The notes below the pieces were generated by a model. The model saw only the letters and a program-made list of their open reading frames with translations, did no database searches and had not been told where the DNA came from. The translations under genes were made by a program, and so were the position numbers. A stretch of DNA of 64,000 nt from an uncultured Acidobacteriota bacterium. GTDB lineage: Bacteria > Acidobacteriota > UBA6911 > RPQK01 > JAPXNP01. Shown here piece after piece: positions 1 through 9,290 of this stretch. Positions within the stretch are counted from its first letter, which is position 1. Each line of letters starts with the position of its first letter. The stretch covers positions 32,001-96,000 of the forward strand of contig CAVZRV010000006.1 in assembly GCA_963777605.1 (NCBI GenBank), in the 5' to 3' direction.

Positions 1-816
1 CGCCTGGTCGATGTCGTCAAGCACGCTTACTTCGTCGGCGAAGGGGTCGAATATCTCCTCCGAGAAGCTATCGACCGCGTCTACCAGGAGTGCGGCCTTT
101 TCGAAGAAACACCCCGCCAATCGCCCAATTTCTTCCAGGTTCGGGCCTATGTCACGGCCAAGCGGCTTCAGGGCCGTATGTCGCTCTGGAAAGCCTCAGC
201 TGTTCGGGTCCTGGAGAGCCTCTGCTTTACGCACGGGCTGGGACCAGTCGTCAACACGAACGCGCCCTGGGCCCACCGGGAGATTCTGTCCCGGCCCGTC
301 ATTCTGGAACTCGACGCACTTTCCGATGCCGACAAAATCTTCTTCACCGAAGCGCTCATCCTATGGATCTATGAAATGCGCAAGGCCGAGCCCAAGCGGG
401 AGATCTTCAAGCACGCTCTTCTGATCGAAGAAGGACACCACGTGCTCTCCCAGGCCAAGGAGAACCACGAAGGGGTCGAGACGATCATGGAAACGAGCCT
501 TCGTCAGATCCGCGAGTTCGGCGAAGCCGTGATCGTGATCGACCAGGAACCGACCAAGCTCAGCAACTCAATCAAGGCCAATACCTACACCAAGTTCGTC
601 TTCAATCTCGGAAACGGCCGGGACAAGGAGGACATCGCGCGCTGTCTCGGACTCGATGACGAGGAGCGACTCTACATCGACCGCCTGGGCGTAGGCGAAG
701 CCGTCGTCTCGACCAAGCGTCCGGGCCTGGTTCCGCTCCATGTGCGGAACCCTCTGGCCGGAGTCCGCAAAGGAATCATCACAGACCTTCGACTGTCGGA
801 ATCTCGCGAGTCCTGA
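1..816 (+). CDS. HerA/VirB4/TraD-like P-loop ATPase, C-terminal part (5' truncated by window edge)
   Basis: Frame 1 is open from base 1 (RLVDVVKHAYFVGEGVEYLLREAID...). Walker B LLIEEGHH, RQIREFG and VIDQEPTKLS...ANT motifs of HerA/FtsK-clade ATPases. Confidence 0.8.
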   Translation, partial: RLVDVVKHAYFVGEGVEYLLREAIDRVYQECGLFEETPRQSPNFFQVRAYVTAKRLQGRMSLWKASAVRVLESLCFTHGLGPVVNTNAPWAHREILSRPVILELDALSDADKIFFTEALILWIYEMRKAEPKREIFKHALLIEEGHHVLSQAKENHEGVETIMETSLRQIREFGEAVIVIDQEPTKLSNSIKANTYTKFVFNLGNGRDKEDIARCLGLDDEERLYIDRLGVGEAVVSTKRPGLVPLHVRNPLAGVRKGIITDLRLSESRES

Positions 817-1190
817 TTTTGTGCGCTCTCGACTATTCTCTGACTCCTTTCTACTCACGACTTTTGAGTCCGGGCGGCTCCGACCGTCTCAAGGCACGTA
901 GTGCGGACTTCACGACAAAATTGAAGAACTTCCCCTCCCTCCCAGTGGGGGGGTGGGCTGCCCCGAGGCATGGCGAAATACCGAAACGTTGTAGATCGAT
1001 TGTTTTGACAATCGAAGATAAGCTGTCGAACAAGACCTTCACACCGATCGCGGAACAAATCATTCTTTCGGGATCCCGGTGAAAGGTCGAAACAATGACT
1101 CATCCAGTCTCTTCAGTCTGTTGCACTCGAAGAAGGCCGACGTCCGGGTGCACTACAATCCTTAACAACGCCCACGACCGGCCTGGAGGC

Positions 1191-1340
1191 ATGCCCAAAT
1201 CCGATGCCCTGGACAGGGCGCTGGCCGAGTTACCCGAGGAGGAGCGTTTCCTGGCCCGGGAGTTCTTTCGCACGCATCGGCGCGTCAACGGACGATGGTT
1301 CCGCTGTGACGAATCTCCAACCGCCAAGGACCGAGACTAA
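1191..1340 (+). CDS. Small hypothetical protein (49 aa, MPKSDALDRALAEL...)
   Basis: GGAGG directly before ATG 1191; ACAATCCTTAA motif about 30 nt upstream. Confidence 0.45.
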   Translation: MPKSDALDRALAELPEEERFLAREFFRTHRRVNGRWFRCDESPTAKDRD

Positions 1341-1367
1341 GACCGCTGCGCCTCGCCACCGCGCGAA

Positions 1368-1398
1368 GAAGAAAAGAGGTTTCGGGGCCGAGACCCCC
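1368..1398 (-). terminator. Probable intrinsic terminator after the 1400-1876 gene
   Basis: Minus strand reads GGGGTCTCGG-cc-CCGAAACCTC (hairpin with G-U pairs) followed by TTTTCTTC. Confidence 0.45.
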
Positions 1399-1399
1399 G

Positions 1400-1876
1400 T
1401 CACTCGGCCGTCACCACGGCCGCCGGCTCCTCTTCGGCCAGGAGGAGGCGCACCCGGGCCATGACCGCCTCGAAGGTCTCCCCGATGGCCGTGGCCTGGG
1501 CCATCGTTAGGAGCTGGAAGCCGTCCTTCGGCTCGAGCTCGCAGAGGACCTCGGTCAGGTACTCGAGGTTGGTGGCTCGGTCGTGCAGCCACGCCGTCAG
1601 GTCGGACGTGTAGACGTCGACGGCCGCGTCGATGTCCTCGGTCGGATCGTACTCTTCGATGTGTTCGTACTCGTCCAGCCAGGCGTTGATGCTTTCGAGC
1701 GCCCGCAGCAGCCACCGGTAGCTGTAGTCGTTGAACGGGTCGAGGATGTCCTCTTCGCCGCCGAACCACTCCCAGGCCCGGCTGTCGTCAAAGACCACGC
1801 GCTGGCGCTGCTGCTCCCGGATCTCCACGTACCGGGCGCTTCGTTCGATCTCGACCAAAGCCTGTCGTATGTTCAT
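1400..1876 (-). CDS. Acidic hypothetical protein, possibly Ocr-like DNA mimic
   Basis: GAGGTG SD before ATG 1876; D/E-rich; segment EDIDAAVDVYTSDLTAWL. Confidence 0.65.
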   Translation of the reverse strand: MNIRQALVEIERSARYVEIREQQRQRVVFDDSRAWEWFGGEEDILDPFNDYSYRWLLRALESINAWLDEYEHIEEYDPTEDIDAAVDVYTSDLTAWLHDRATNLEYLTEVLCELEPKDGFQLLTMAQATAIGETFEAVMARVRLLLAEEEPAAVVTAE

Positions 1877-1970
1877 GTTCCACACCTCGGTGACCCCGTC
1901 TCTGCGGGGCCTTTCGTGCGATAAAGGCCCCGAACGTCAGAATTCCCGGTCCGTCCGGCGCGGCGGCACA

Positions 1971-2005
1971 ATAAACCTGTCGAGTGTGGAAATCGACAGG
2001 TTTAT
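1971..2005. promoter_or_regulatory. Perfect 13-bp inverted repeat ATAAACCTGTCGA-N9-TCGACAGGTTTAT
   Basis: Seen directly in the intergenic region; each arm ends in an outward-facing GGTTTAT. Confidence 0.6.
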
Positions 2006-2161
2006 GATGACGGTTCGCGCCCTGGACCGGGAATCCCCCAGCGGGCCTCGGGTGCCCAGGGTGGAACGCGTCACTCCTTCTTAAATGTTCCTCCAAAACA
2101 TTCCGCAAACCCGCATGCCCACTCGATCGCAGCATGTCGGGATGGGGAAAAAGGGGCCGAG

Positions 2162-2680
2162 TTACGCCCGCTCTTTATCCCCGGGTTTCTCCCCCTCCCC
2201 AGGTGGTCTCGAAGGAAACGGGGGCCCCACTGGAGGAGACTTCCCTGCCCTTCCTGCCGAACCACTTCTGGCGGGTTCCTTCTGCCCCTCCAGGAGCTGC
2301 ATTCGTTGCACCTGGTCGGCGTGCTGTTTGAGCCAGGAACGGCGTTCCTGGGCCAGCCGGGCAAGATCCGCCCATTCCTTCACGACTTCGGCCCGACGTT
2401 CCCGGACGAGCGTGTCGTGCCGTTGCTCGAGGTTCTGGCGCCGTTGGTCGATATGCGGCGCCGAACCGACCGGCCAGTGCTCCAGCTCCAGCAGGTTGTT
2501 TCGGACCGCCAGGGCATCCTCGTCCAATTCGGTCAGCAACCGTTCGGAGATCGACCGCCGGAGCCGGGCCAGGAACTCGATCTCGGTCAAAATATCCGAG
2601 AGGATCCTCACGCGCTCGCCCATCAGGCGATTAAGTACCGCCGAGGACTGGTTACTGCCGGGCTTCGTCGGTGGGTCCAC
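2162..2680 (-). CDS. Coiled-coil hypothetical protein
   Basis: GGAGG SD before GTG 2680; helical heptad pattern (RRQNLEQRHDTLVRERRAEVVKEWADL); overlaps the upstream RHH gene. Confidence 0.6.
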   Translation of the reverse strand: MDPPTKPGSNQSSAVLNRLMGERVRILSDILTEIEFLARLRRSISERLLTELDEDALAVRNNLLELEHWPVGSAPHIDQRRQNLEQRHDTLVRERRAEVVKEWADLARLAQERRSWLKQHADQVQRMQLLEGQKEPARSGSAGRAGKSPPVGPPFPSRPPGEGEKPGDKERA

Positions 2681-2888
2681 TCCGTCGCCTCCCTTTCCGC
2701 TTTGACGCGTCTCCGAGCAGATGCCGGTGGATCTCGATGATCTTCTCTTCGAGGACGCGGTCCTGGCGCAGTGCGGCATAACGCAGGTACGCGGAGAGTG
2801 ACGAGAACCCTTTGCGTTCCGCAGTGGCACGCAGCTCCTGGTGCTGCGTCCGGGTCATGCGGACCTGGACGGCGCGGTTTTTGACCAT
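2652..2888 (-). CDS. Ribbon-helix-helix (CopG/MobC-like) DNA-binding protein
   Basis: MVKNRAVQVRMTRTQHQELRATAERKGFSSLSAYLRYAAL shows the beta strand-helix-G-x-S-x-S-x-Y-L-R RHH pattern. Confidence 0.7.
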   Translation of the reverse strand: MVKNRAVQVRMTRTQHQELRATAERKGFSSLSAYLRYAALRQDRVLEEKIIEIHRHLLGDASKRKGRRRSGPTDEARQ

Positions 2889-2915
2889 GACTGCGCAGTG
2901 GGAACGCGGTGTCAC

Positions 2916-2931
2916 TATTTAAGAGTTTCGA
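2916..2931 (-). promoter_or_regulatory. Archaeal-type BRE/TATA-like motif (CGAAACTCTTAAATA)
   Basis: Ends 28 nt upstream of ATG 2888, which has no SD. Confidence 0.5.
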
Positions 2932-3194
2932 AAAGAAGTTTGGGAAAGGTTTCCCGACCGCTTCGGCCGGAGGATGAGGCCGAAGTCGTAGCTGGCCCGC
3001 AGTCGCCTCAGGTTGTCGTAGAGCGTGCTGGTCGGATACCCGGTTCGCCGGGACATCTCGACGAGACTCATCCGGCAGTCCTGCTCGAGACAGCGCAGGA
3101 TCGCCCGACAGGCCCGCTCCGACGTGCTGACAGGAACCGGTAACACCAGCCCTTCCGCTATGAGCGACTGCCTTTCGTGCGTTGGGTCTTCCAT
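2919..3194 (-). CDS. Lrp/AsnC-type winged HTH protein (HTH only)
   Basis: ILRCLEQDCRMSLVEMSRRTGYPTSTLYDNLRRL matches the AsnC HTH pattern; GGAGGTG SD before ATG 3194. Confidence 0.75.
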   Translation of the reverse strand: MEDPTHERQSLIAEGLVLPVPVSTSERACRAILRCLEQDCRMSLVEMSRRTGYPTSTLYDNLRRLRASYDFGLILRPKRSGNLSQTSFRNS

Positions 3195-3450
3195 ACAGAC
3201 ACCTCCGGGATCTCCAGCCAGGCTGGGTCCCATCTCCAAGACCCAGCCCCCAGACCCGCGTGCCCCTTCAGCGAACCGTCATTTATGCCTTGAGCCGCCA
3301 GGCGACCCGCCAGGGGCAAGGCTTAAATCAGACGGTTTGCGCGGGGCAGGCGGGCGTTGGTGAAGAGGACACCACAATCCTTAATAGAAGCTTGCCCCTT
3401 CAAGAAGCGTACCGATAGACTGCTGATGATTGGAGAACGAAGGGACGAAT

Positions 3451-5837
3451 ATGCTCGAAGACCGGCTCGGCTGCACGCGAACCAAGTCCAAACGGTGGAT
3501 CCAACGGTACGTACGGAAACTCCCAGGTTGCCTGCTCCCGATAGCTGCGATGGCCTGGTTCGGCGGCGCGTACGCCCAGGAAGCGGCGGACTTTCAATAC
3601 TTCGCACACACCGTCCAGGGTGACGGCAACTCCATTCGTATTCTTCTTCTGAACAACAACTACCATCGGGCCTCCGGTTCGGTCCGGTTCCGCACCCAAG
3701 CAGGCGCCCTCGAAGAAGAGATCCCCTACAACCTCGACGGCTGGGCCACCGCCGACTTCACAACAGCACCCGAAGGCAACCTCGCAGTCCAGAGCGGCAC
3801 CCTCCCCGCCAACGTCCAAGCAGTCGAAAGCTTCAACGTACTCGGAAAATACCTCACCATCCCCTCCGGACGCGCCCTCCACAACCAAACAGTCTACGTC
3901 CACCAAGGCAACGGCGAACAAACCAGCCTCGCACTCTACAACCCACACGACCACAGCATCATCGTCCCACTCACCCTCCGCAACAAGGAAGGAGCAACCA
4001 CCAACCAAACCAGCATCCCCATGGAAGCATACGGACAATTCCCCCGACGGCTCAGCGAAATCTTCCCCACCCTCCCCGCAACGTACGAAGGCACCCTCGA
4101 AATCACCAGCGAAGACGGCGTCGCAGCACTCAGCCTCCTCCAACTCCCAACCGGCGACCTCCTCGCAGCCGGAGCAACAAGCCCGAGCGTCACCCCACAA
4201 AGCCTCGAAGAACGCACCACCTACCTCGCACAAAGCGTCACCGGAGCAAACACGAACACCCGACTCATACTCAGCAACCCATACGACAACCCCATCGAAG
4301 GAGACATCACCTTCAACTACGACGGCGAACCAACCATCGAAGGGAACACCACCCACTACACCCTCCCACCCCGCGGCACCACCACACTCACCACGAAAAA
4401 CACCGGACCACTCCGCGCAGGCCCCATCACCATCACCGGAGGCGCAGAAACCAGCGCCTTCCTCAACCTCCTCTCAAAATACTACGTCAGCATCCGCGCA
4501 AACCAAGCAAGCACCAGCTTCCAAACCTACGCCAGCAGCACACCAGAAGAAGACACCGGCGTCGCACTCTACAACCCGGGCAACGAAGACGCGCACATCA
4601 CCCTCACCATCAGCGACACCACCGGCGTACAAGGACCATACGTCCAAGCAGGACTCACACTCCAACCAGGAGAACACGTCGCCAAATACATCAAAGAACT
4701 CACCGCCAACCTCGACAACGCCAGCACAAGGACTCCTCAGCATCACCAGCGACCAAGACATCGCAGCAACCGGACTCCTCCAAAAAACCAGAGGAGACCT
4801 CATCGGACTCCCAACAGCCTACACCCACTACAACCCCACAGACAACATCACACTCCACCTCATCGCCTACGACCTCGGAACACAACAAACCATGCTCGCA
4901 CAGACCGGCACCGAAGCCACCATCACCATCGACAACGAACACACAGCAAACATCATCACCGGACCAGGACAAACACTCGAAATACTCGTCACACACCCCA
5001 ACTACTGGACCGGCGACCTCCTCGACATCCGCGACGGCAACCCCAACGGAGACACAATCGTGCGCGCCGACGGCAGCACACCCTACGGCACCGCGGCCAG
5101 CCTCATCATCCCCGCGGGCTGGGCGGGCCTGGAGAAAACGCTGTATGCCGGCGCCTTGAACAAAACAGAACTCAACGGAAGCCCGATCATCGTCACGAAA
5201 CCCGGATGGCCCAGCAATCATCCCGATGGACAAAGAGAGTCGCCTTCAGCATGCTTCACATGGAGAAACAACACGGTCTTCAGCCACCCGAATCCAGGCA
5301 ACATCACGACATACCTGAACGACTCGGTTGGCGGAACCGAAGGACAAGCAGTTACTCGACCGTTTCCGCAACGTCATTGCCAACTACATCAACGCGACCA
5401 GCCCAGTCACGCAACTCATCATCACGCCCGGACGAGTACATCTACCAACCGGGCGCTACAAGAACGATCTGGTACTCGGTGCCGCAGGATGGCACACCCA
5501 GCAACAGCATCATTGAATACGACAACAACTCAGCTCATATTTCTCTCGTTTGGCATCCGTCGACCGAGTAAAGGTTCCAGGAAATTTCAGGGAGTTTAGT
5601 GAGGAAATCTTAAATGCCATGGGTTTACGCGATCCAATCGTGAGGAACCCAAACAACCCTGCCGACAAACGCAAGCAAGACTTGCCTGTCACCCTCTATT
5701 CGGACTAAGAACAAAACAGCGTAAATGAACTCTTCCAAGACGAGACCAAAGCAGGCACCTACTTACGCAATCTGAAGCTCGGCGGCGGCATCCGCCCCGG
5801 CACGATTCTCATCTACGACGCCGCACACCCGGACTAA
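3451..5837 (+). pseudogene. Large secreted repeat protein, broken by several frameshifts (about 4720, and several between about 5330 and 5710)
   Basis: Signal peptide (AYA-Q) and internally repeated modules (TSLALYNP/TGVALYNP; YEGTLEITSEDGVAAL versus AQGLLSITSDQDIAAT in the next frame after 4720). Confidence 0.65.
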
Positions 5838-5857
5838 TGAGCGGAAGAGACGCTGAT

Positions 5858-7468
5858 TCAGTACACGCTGACGGTGTTATCGACGCAGGCATACTCCCAG
5901 TCCGTATAGCCGACCTGCTGACCGGGATAACAGCACGCAGTCGTCGTCGCGGCCAACAGGTCGACACACTACCAGGAGGAGTCTGCGGAGCGCAATCAAC
6001 ATGGTCCAATACACTTCCACACACCAAGATTCGAGTCCTGACCCCAAATCTCCCCCGGCTGCGGACAGCAGTGTCCCGGATAATTCGCGTTGTTCGCACA
6101 CCAATAGGGATCACTCCCCCTGCTCGCCTCCGGCGTCCCGAAGGGGCTGCCGCCCGTGCACTCACTCGTCGCAGTAATACTCGTCGCAGCACCACAACAA
6201 ACCTCACCATACGCCCCGCAGCAGCTCGCCGTGTACGGCGACGAGGACTCCTGGTCGCAACTATACCCGCACGAACCCCACGACCACGTCGTGTCAGAAC
6301 CCGTGCACGTACTCACCGTATGACCAACACCGGACCCGCACTCCGCCGTGCGGCAGCCGTCCGTCCGGCCGTCACAAAACGCCTTGAATGTCGCAGAAGA
6401 CGGCAAATACCACTTCCACGACTCATCAAGGAACGAACCATCCTTATCCGTATCGACCCGACGACAATACTTCACACCCTCACTATCAGTACAATTAGCA
6501 CCGCACAGCACCGACGACGAACACGTACTGTCATCGCACAACGACCCGCACTCAGCGAGCGTCCCCTGACGCACCGTCTTCGTCTGATCAGCACCCTCCT
6601 GATACGACTTCGCAGGCTCCACGCTGCACCGGAGCAGCTTGTTCCCCGTCGCACTCGACGACATGGTCACATCATACGTACCCCACTGGGCGTCCCACCC
6701 GGCCCAGGCGATGCCAGAACCACTCTCCATCGTCATCTTGATGCTGTTCGCCCGCACCGGGCCGACCTCGCACCCCACGGACAACACCTCACCAGGACAA
6801 TAAAACGAATCAGCACGCGCACCAGTAATCTCCACCCGGCAAGCCGTGTCGCCATGCAAACCGCACGTGGCACACAAGGCCTGATTGTCATAATCACTCT
6901 CACCATTCCCATCCTCATCACCAGAACCCTGAGAACAAACCTCGGAAGGCGCGGCGATGACCAGCTGCCCCGAGGCCTTCACCTCCGCGTCAGCAGTGCT
7001 TGGAAAGATCGAACTCAAACCAGCACTCGCACGGCAATAGACATCATACGTGCCCGGCGTCCATCCAGACACATCCATCGCCTGCGAATACAACTGGAGA
7101 GGGCCGGGCAAAGCCCAATTCTGAGAAGGAAAATCATAAGTCGAAGGCCCGACAGCGTGCCCATACGCCCCCGAGTCGAAACCACACGTCTTCGCAGTAC
7201 AGGAACTCACCGCCAACGTGTTCGAGATTGAAAAAGAGACCGTGACCGCATCCCCCGAACGAGACCACGCACAGGACCCGATGTACACTCCCGGATACTC
7301 AACGGGATTCAAAAAAGGAATGCAATACCCCTCAGTGACACTCCCAGCAGTCGTATCACAAATCGAACCAGGACCACACTGCCCGACCGTCTGCGTACAC
7401 GCAGCCATAACTGCAGGAACCAAACAGACCGCGGCAACAGCGCACACGAACCACAGCACCAGCCTCAC
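5858..7468 (-). CDS. Cysteine-rich secreted/surface protein; in-frame stop at 5996, C-terminal tail appears frameshifted to 5858
   Basis: GTG start overlaps the upstream TGA; signal peptide; many Cys including CC pairs; other frames continue DHVDCAPQ...TCWP and TACCYPGQQVGYTDWEYACVDNTVSVY*. Confidence 0.7.
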
Positions 7469-7920
7469 ACCCGCACCCCCGGCACCGTCCGGATGACCGG
7501 CAGCATCGGCCCGGGCGAACGCTCCTGGATCGGCCCCGGCACGAGAAGATACCAGCCCGGCGACAACGACAACGACTGGCCATTCCAGTCCGACGAGCAC
7601 CAGACAGGCTCCAACGCCGCCCGGGAATCATCCCAGCGATACACCCGCGCCTCCCACAGGCAGGAGAACGAGACCTCGGAATCGGGAAGCACCTCGAACA
7701 ACGCCGCCGGCGACGAACCAGGCCACTCCACCCCGAGCAGCTCACCACACTCGGCAGGCGACAACGAGCCCGAAGGCCCATCCGCGGAGACCGCGACCGT
7801 GCCGCACGAGACCGAGAACGGCGCCGACTGCATGACCCGATCGTCCGGCACCGCCGGCACATCATCAACAGCCTGCCCGCACGCCGCCAACACGACCAGA
7901 ACCACGAGCAACCACCGCAT
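7465..7920 (-). CDS. Putative lipoprotein
   Basis: MRWLLVVLVVLAAC lipobox-type signal; coupled to the downstream Cys-rich gene. Confidence 0.65.
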   Translation of the reverse strand: MRWLLVVLVVLAACGQAVDDVPAVPDDRVMQSAPFSVSCGTVAVSADGPSGSLSPAECGELLGVEWPGSSPAALFEVLPDSEVSFSCLWEARVYRWDDSRAALEPVWCSSDWNGQSLSLSPGWYLLVPGPIQERSPGPMLPVIRTVPGVRV

Positions 7921-7942
7921 AGCCGTCTCCGCGCGCCAGGGC

Positions 7943-7995
7943 TATTTAAAATTTGTGCTCGGGCGCACTGGCCACTCCGCCGTACGCTTTAAAAA
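7943..7995. promoter_or_regulatory. Divergent archaeal-type TATA boxes (TTTAAATA on minus, TTTAAAAA on plus)
   Basis: First T lies at -30 from ATG 7920 and -26 from ATG 8014; these are the only AT-rich patches in a very GC-rich context. Confidence 0.6.
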
Positions 7996-8013
7996 CAAGG
8001 CCTCCCCACGGCG

Positions 8014-8559
8014 ATGCGCCGCGGCCTCGACGACCGGAACATCCTGGATGAGTTCGTCCTCGACTTCGTCAGGGTGCTCGAACCCCACGCGTACATGATC
8101 GTCTCGGGCTACCTCGCCATCAGCCACGGCCGCGCCACCGAGGACATCGACCTCATCCTCGAACGCCTCGACGAAGCAGCATTCAGCACGCTCCACCGCG
8201 CCCTCGTCGCGGCCGGCTTCACATGCATGCAGGGCGAGGACCCCCACGAGCTGTACACGGACTACCTCAGCCGGTCGACGGCCGTCCGCTACACGCGAAC
8301 GGGCGAGTTCCTCCCCGAGATGGAAGTCAAGTTCGCCAAGGACGCGCTCGACGAGGAGCAGCTGCAACAGCGCGTCAAGCTCCCCCTCACCGGCCTCGAC
8401 GTCTGGTTCGCGCCCGTCGAAGCAGGCATCGCCTTCAAGGAAGCCTACCTCGGAACGCCCAAAGACCAGGAGGACGCGCGCCGCCTCAGACTCATCTACC
8501 AGGACGAACTCGACGAAGAGGAGATCGAACGATGGAAACGACGACTCACGCAACGCTAG
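8014..8559 (+). CDS. Pol-beta superfamily nucleotidyltransferase (AbiEii/DUF6036-like)
   Basis: IVSGYLAISHGRATEDIDLIL (G..A..HG.R.T.DxD) and C-terminal K...PKDQEDA motif. Confidence 0.75.
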   Translation: MRRGLDDRNILDEFVLDFVRVLEPHAYMIVSGYLAISHGRATEDIDLILERLDEAAFSTLHRALVAAGFTCMQGEDPHELYTDYLSRSTAVRYTRTGEFLPEMEVKFAKDALDEEQLQQRVKLPLTGLDVWFAPVEAGIAFKEAYLGTPKDQEDARRLRLIYQDELDEEEIERWKRRLTQR

Positions 8560-8756
8560 ACCCCGACCGCGCAGCCGCCATCGACCGGTGGGCAGCCCAC
8601 GTACGCACCCATCCCGACTGGAAGCGCGAACACACCGCGTTCATCAACGCCCAGTTCGAGAAAGCAGCAGCATTCTACAAACGCCTCGCCGCAACCGAAG
8701 ACGGCCGGAAACGGCTCGCACGGCTCCGGAAGCACCGCGCGGGACAATCCTTATAG
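8532..8756 (+). CDS. Small helical partner protein (putative antitoxin)
   Basis: 74 aa (METTT...IDRWAAHVRTHPDWKREHTAFINAQF), overlapping the NTase 3' end. Confidence 0.6.
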   Translation: METTTHATLDPDRAAAIDRWAAHVRTHPDWKREHTAFINAQFEKAAAFYKRLAATEDGRKRLARLRKHRAGQSL

Positions 8757-8759
8757 GCC

Positions 8760-9290
8760 GTGGCACCAACACGGTTTACCTGCACAGCGTCCAGCGCGCC
8801 ACCGAAGAGGCGCTCGCCTGCGACCCCCACCACCCTCACGGACGAGAGGCTCACACTGGCCAGGCCTCGAACAAGTCCCGACCACGCATCACCTTCTCCT
8901 GAACCCGGCGCGGCAGGCCCCCAACGACCAGGAAGGACTGTCGGGAACGCCCAAGCCACGCACAAGGTGGACCGCGAGGAATGCCGTCTCGACGTCCGCC
9001 GAACGAACCCCCAGATGGCGGCAGCGATGGACAACGACATCGTCGCCCTCCTCGAGTACACCGACCGGCTCGCCGCCAGCACGCCGGAACAGCTCCGCCA
9101 GGCCGGCGTCCGGAACTGGACGCTCGACTACATCCACCAGACCCTCCACGGCGCACCCGCCGAGGACATCCTCCGCACAGTGCCCTCCCGGCCGCCGCCC
9201 ATCAGCTACACCGGCGGCCGCCCCCTCAGCGAGGACCCGAGCCCCGCAACGCCCCAAGAAGCCGGCTACCAACCGGGAGGCCACCACTAG
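8760..9290 (+). CDS. Hypothetical protein (start uncertain)
   Basis: The C-terminal half (MDNDIVALLEYTDRLAASTPEQLRQAGVRNWTLDYIHQTL) looks protein-like; the N-terminal half is doubtful. Confidence 0.35.
   Translation: MAPTRFTCTASSAPPKRRSPATPTTLTDERLTLARPRTSPDHASPSPEPGAAGPQRPGRTVGNAQATHKVDREECRLDVRRTNPQMAAAMDNDIVALLEYTDRLAASTPEQLRQAGVRNWTLDYIHQTLHGAPAEDILRTVPSRPPPISYTGGRPLSEDPSPATPQEAGYQPGGHH

Noticed and set aside
4725-5571. His/Arg-rich C-terminus of the 713-aa ORF as a real low-complexity domain
   Set aside because: It is out-of-frame read-through after an indel; the alternative frame continues the repeat module.
3400-7231. Long antisense ORFs (3400-4356 minus, 5837-7231 plus)
   Set aside because: Shadow ORFs caused by skewed codon usage depleting stop codons.
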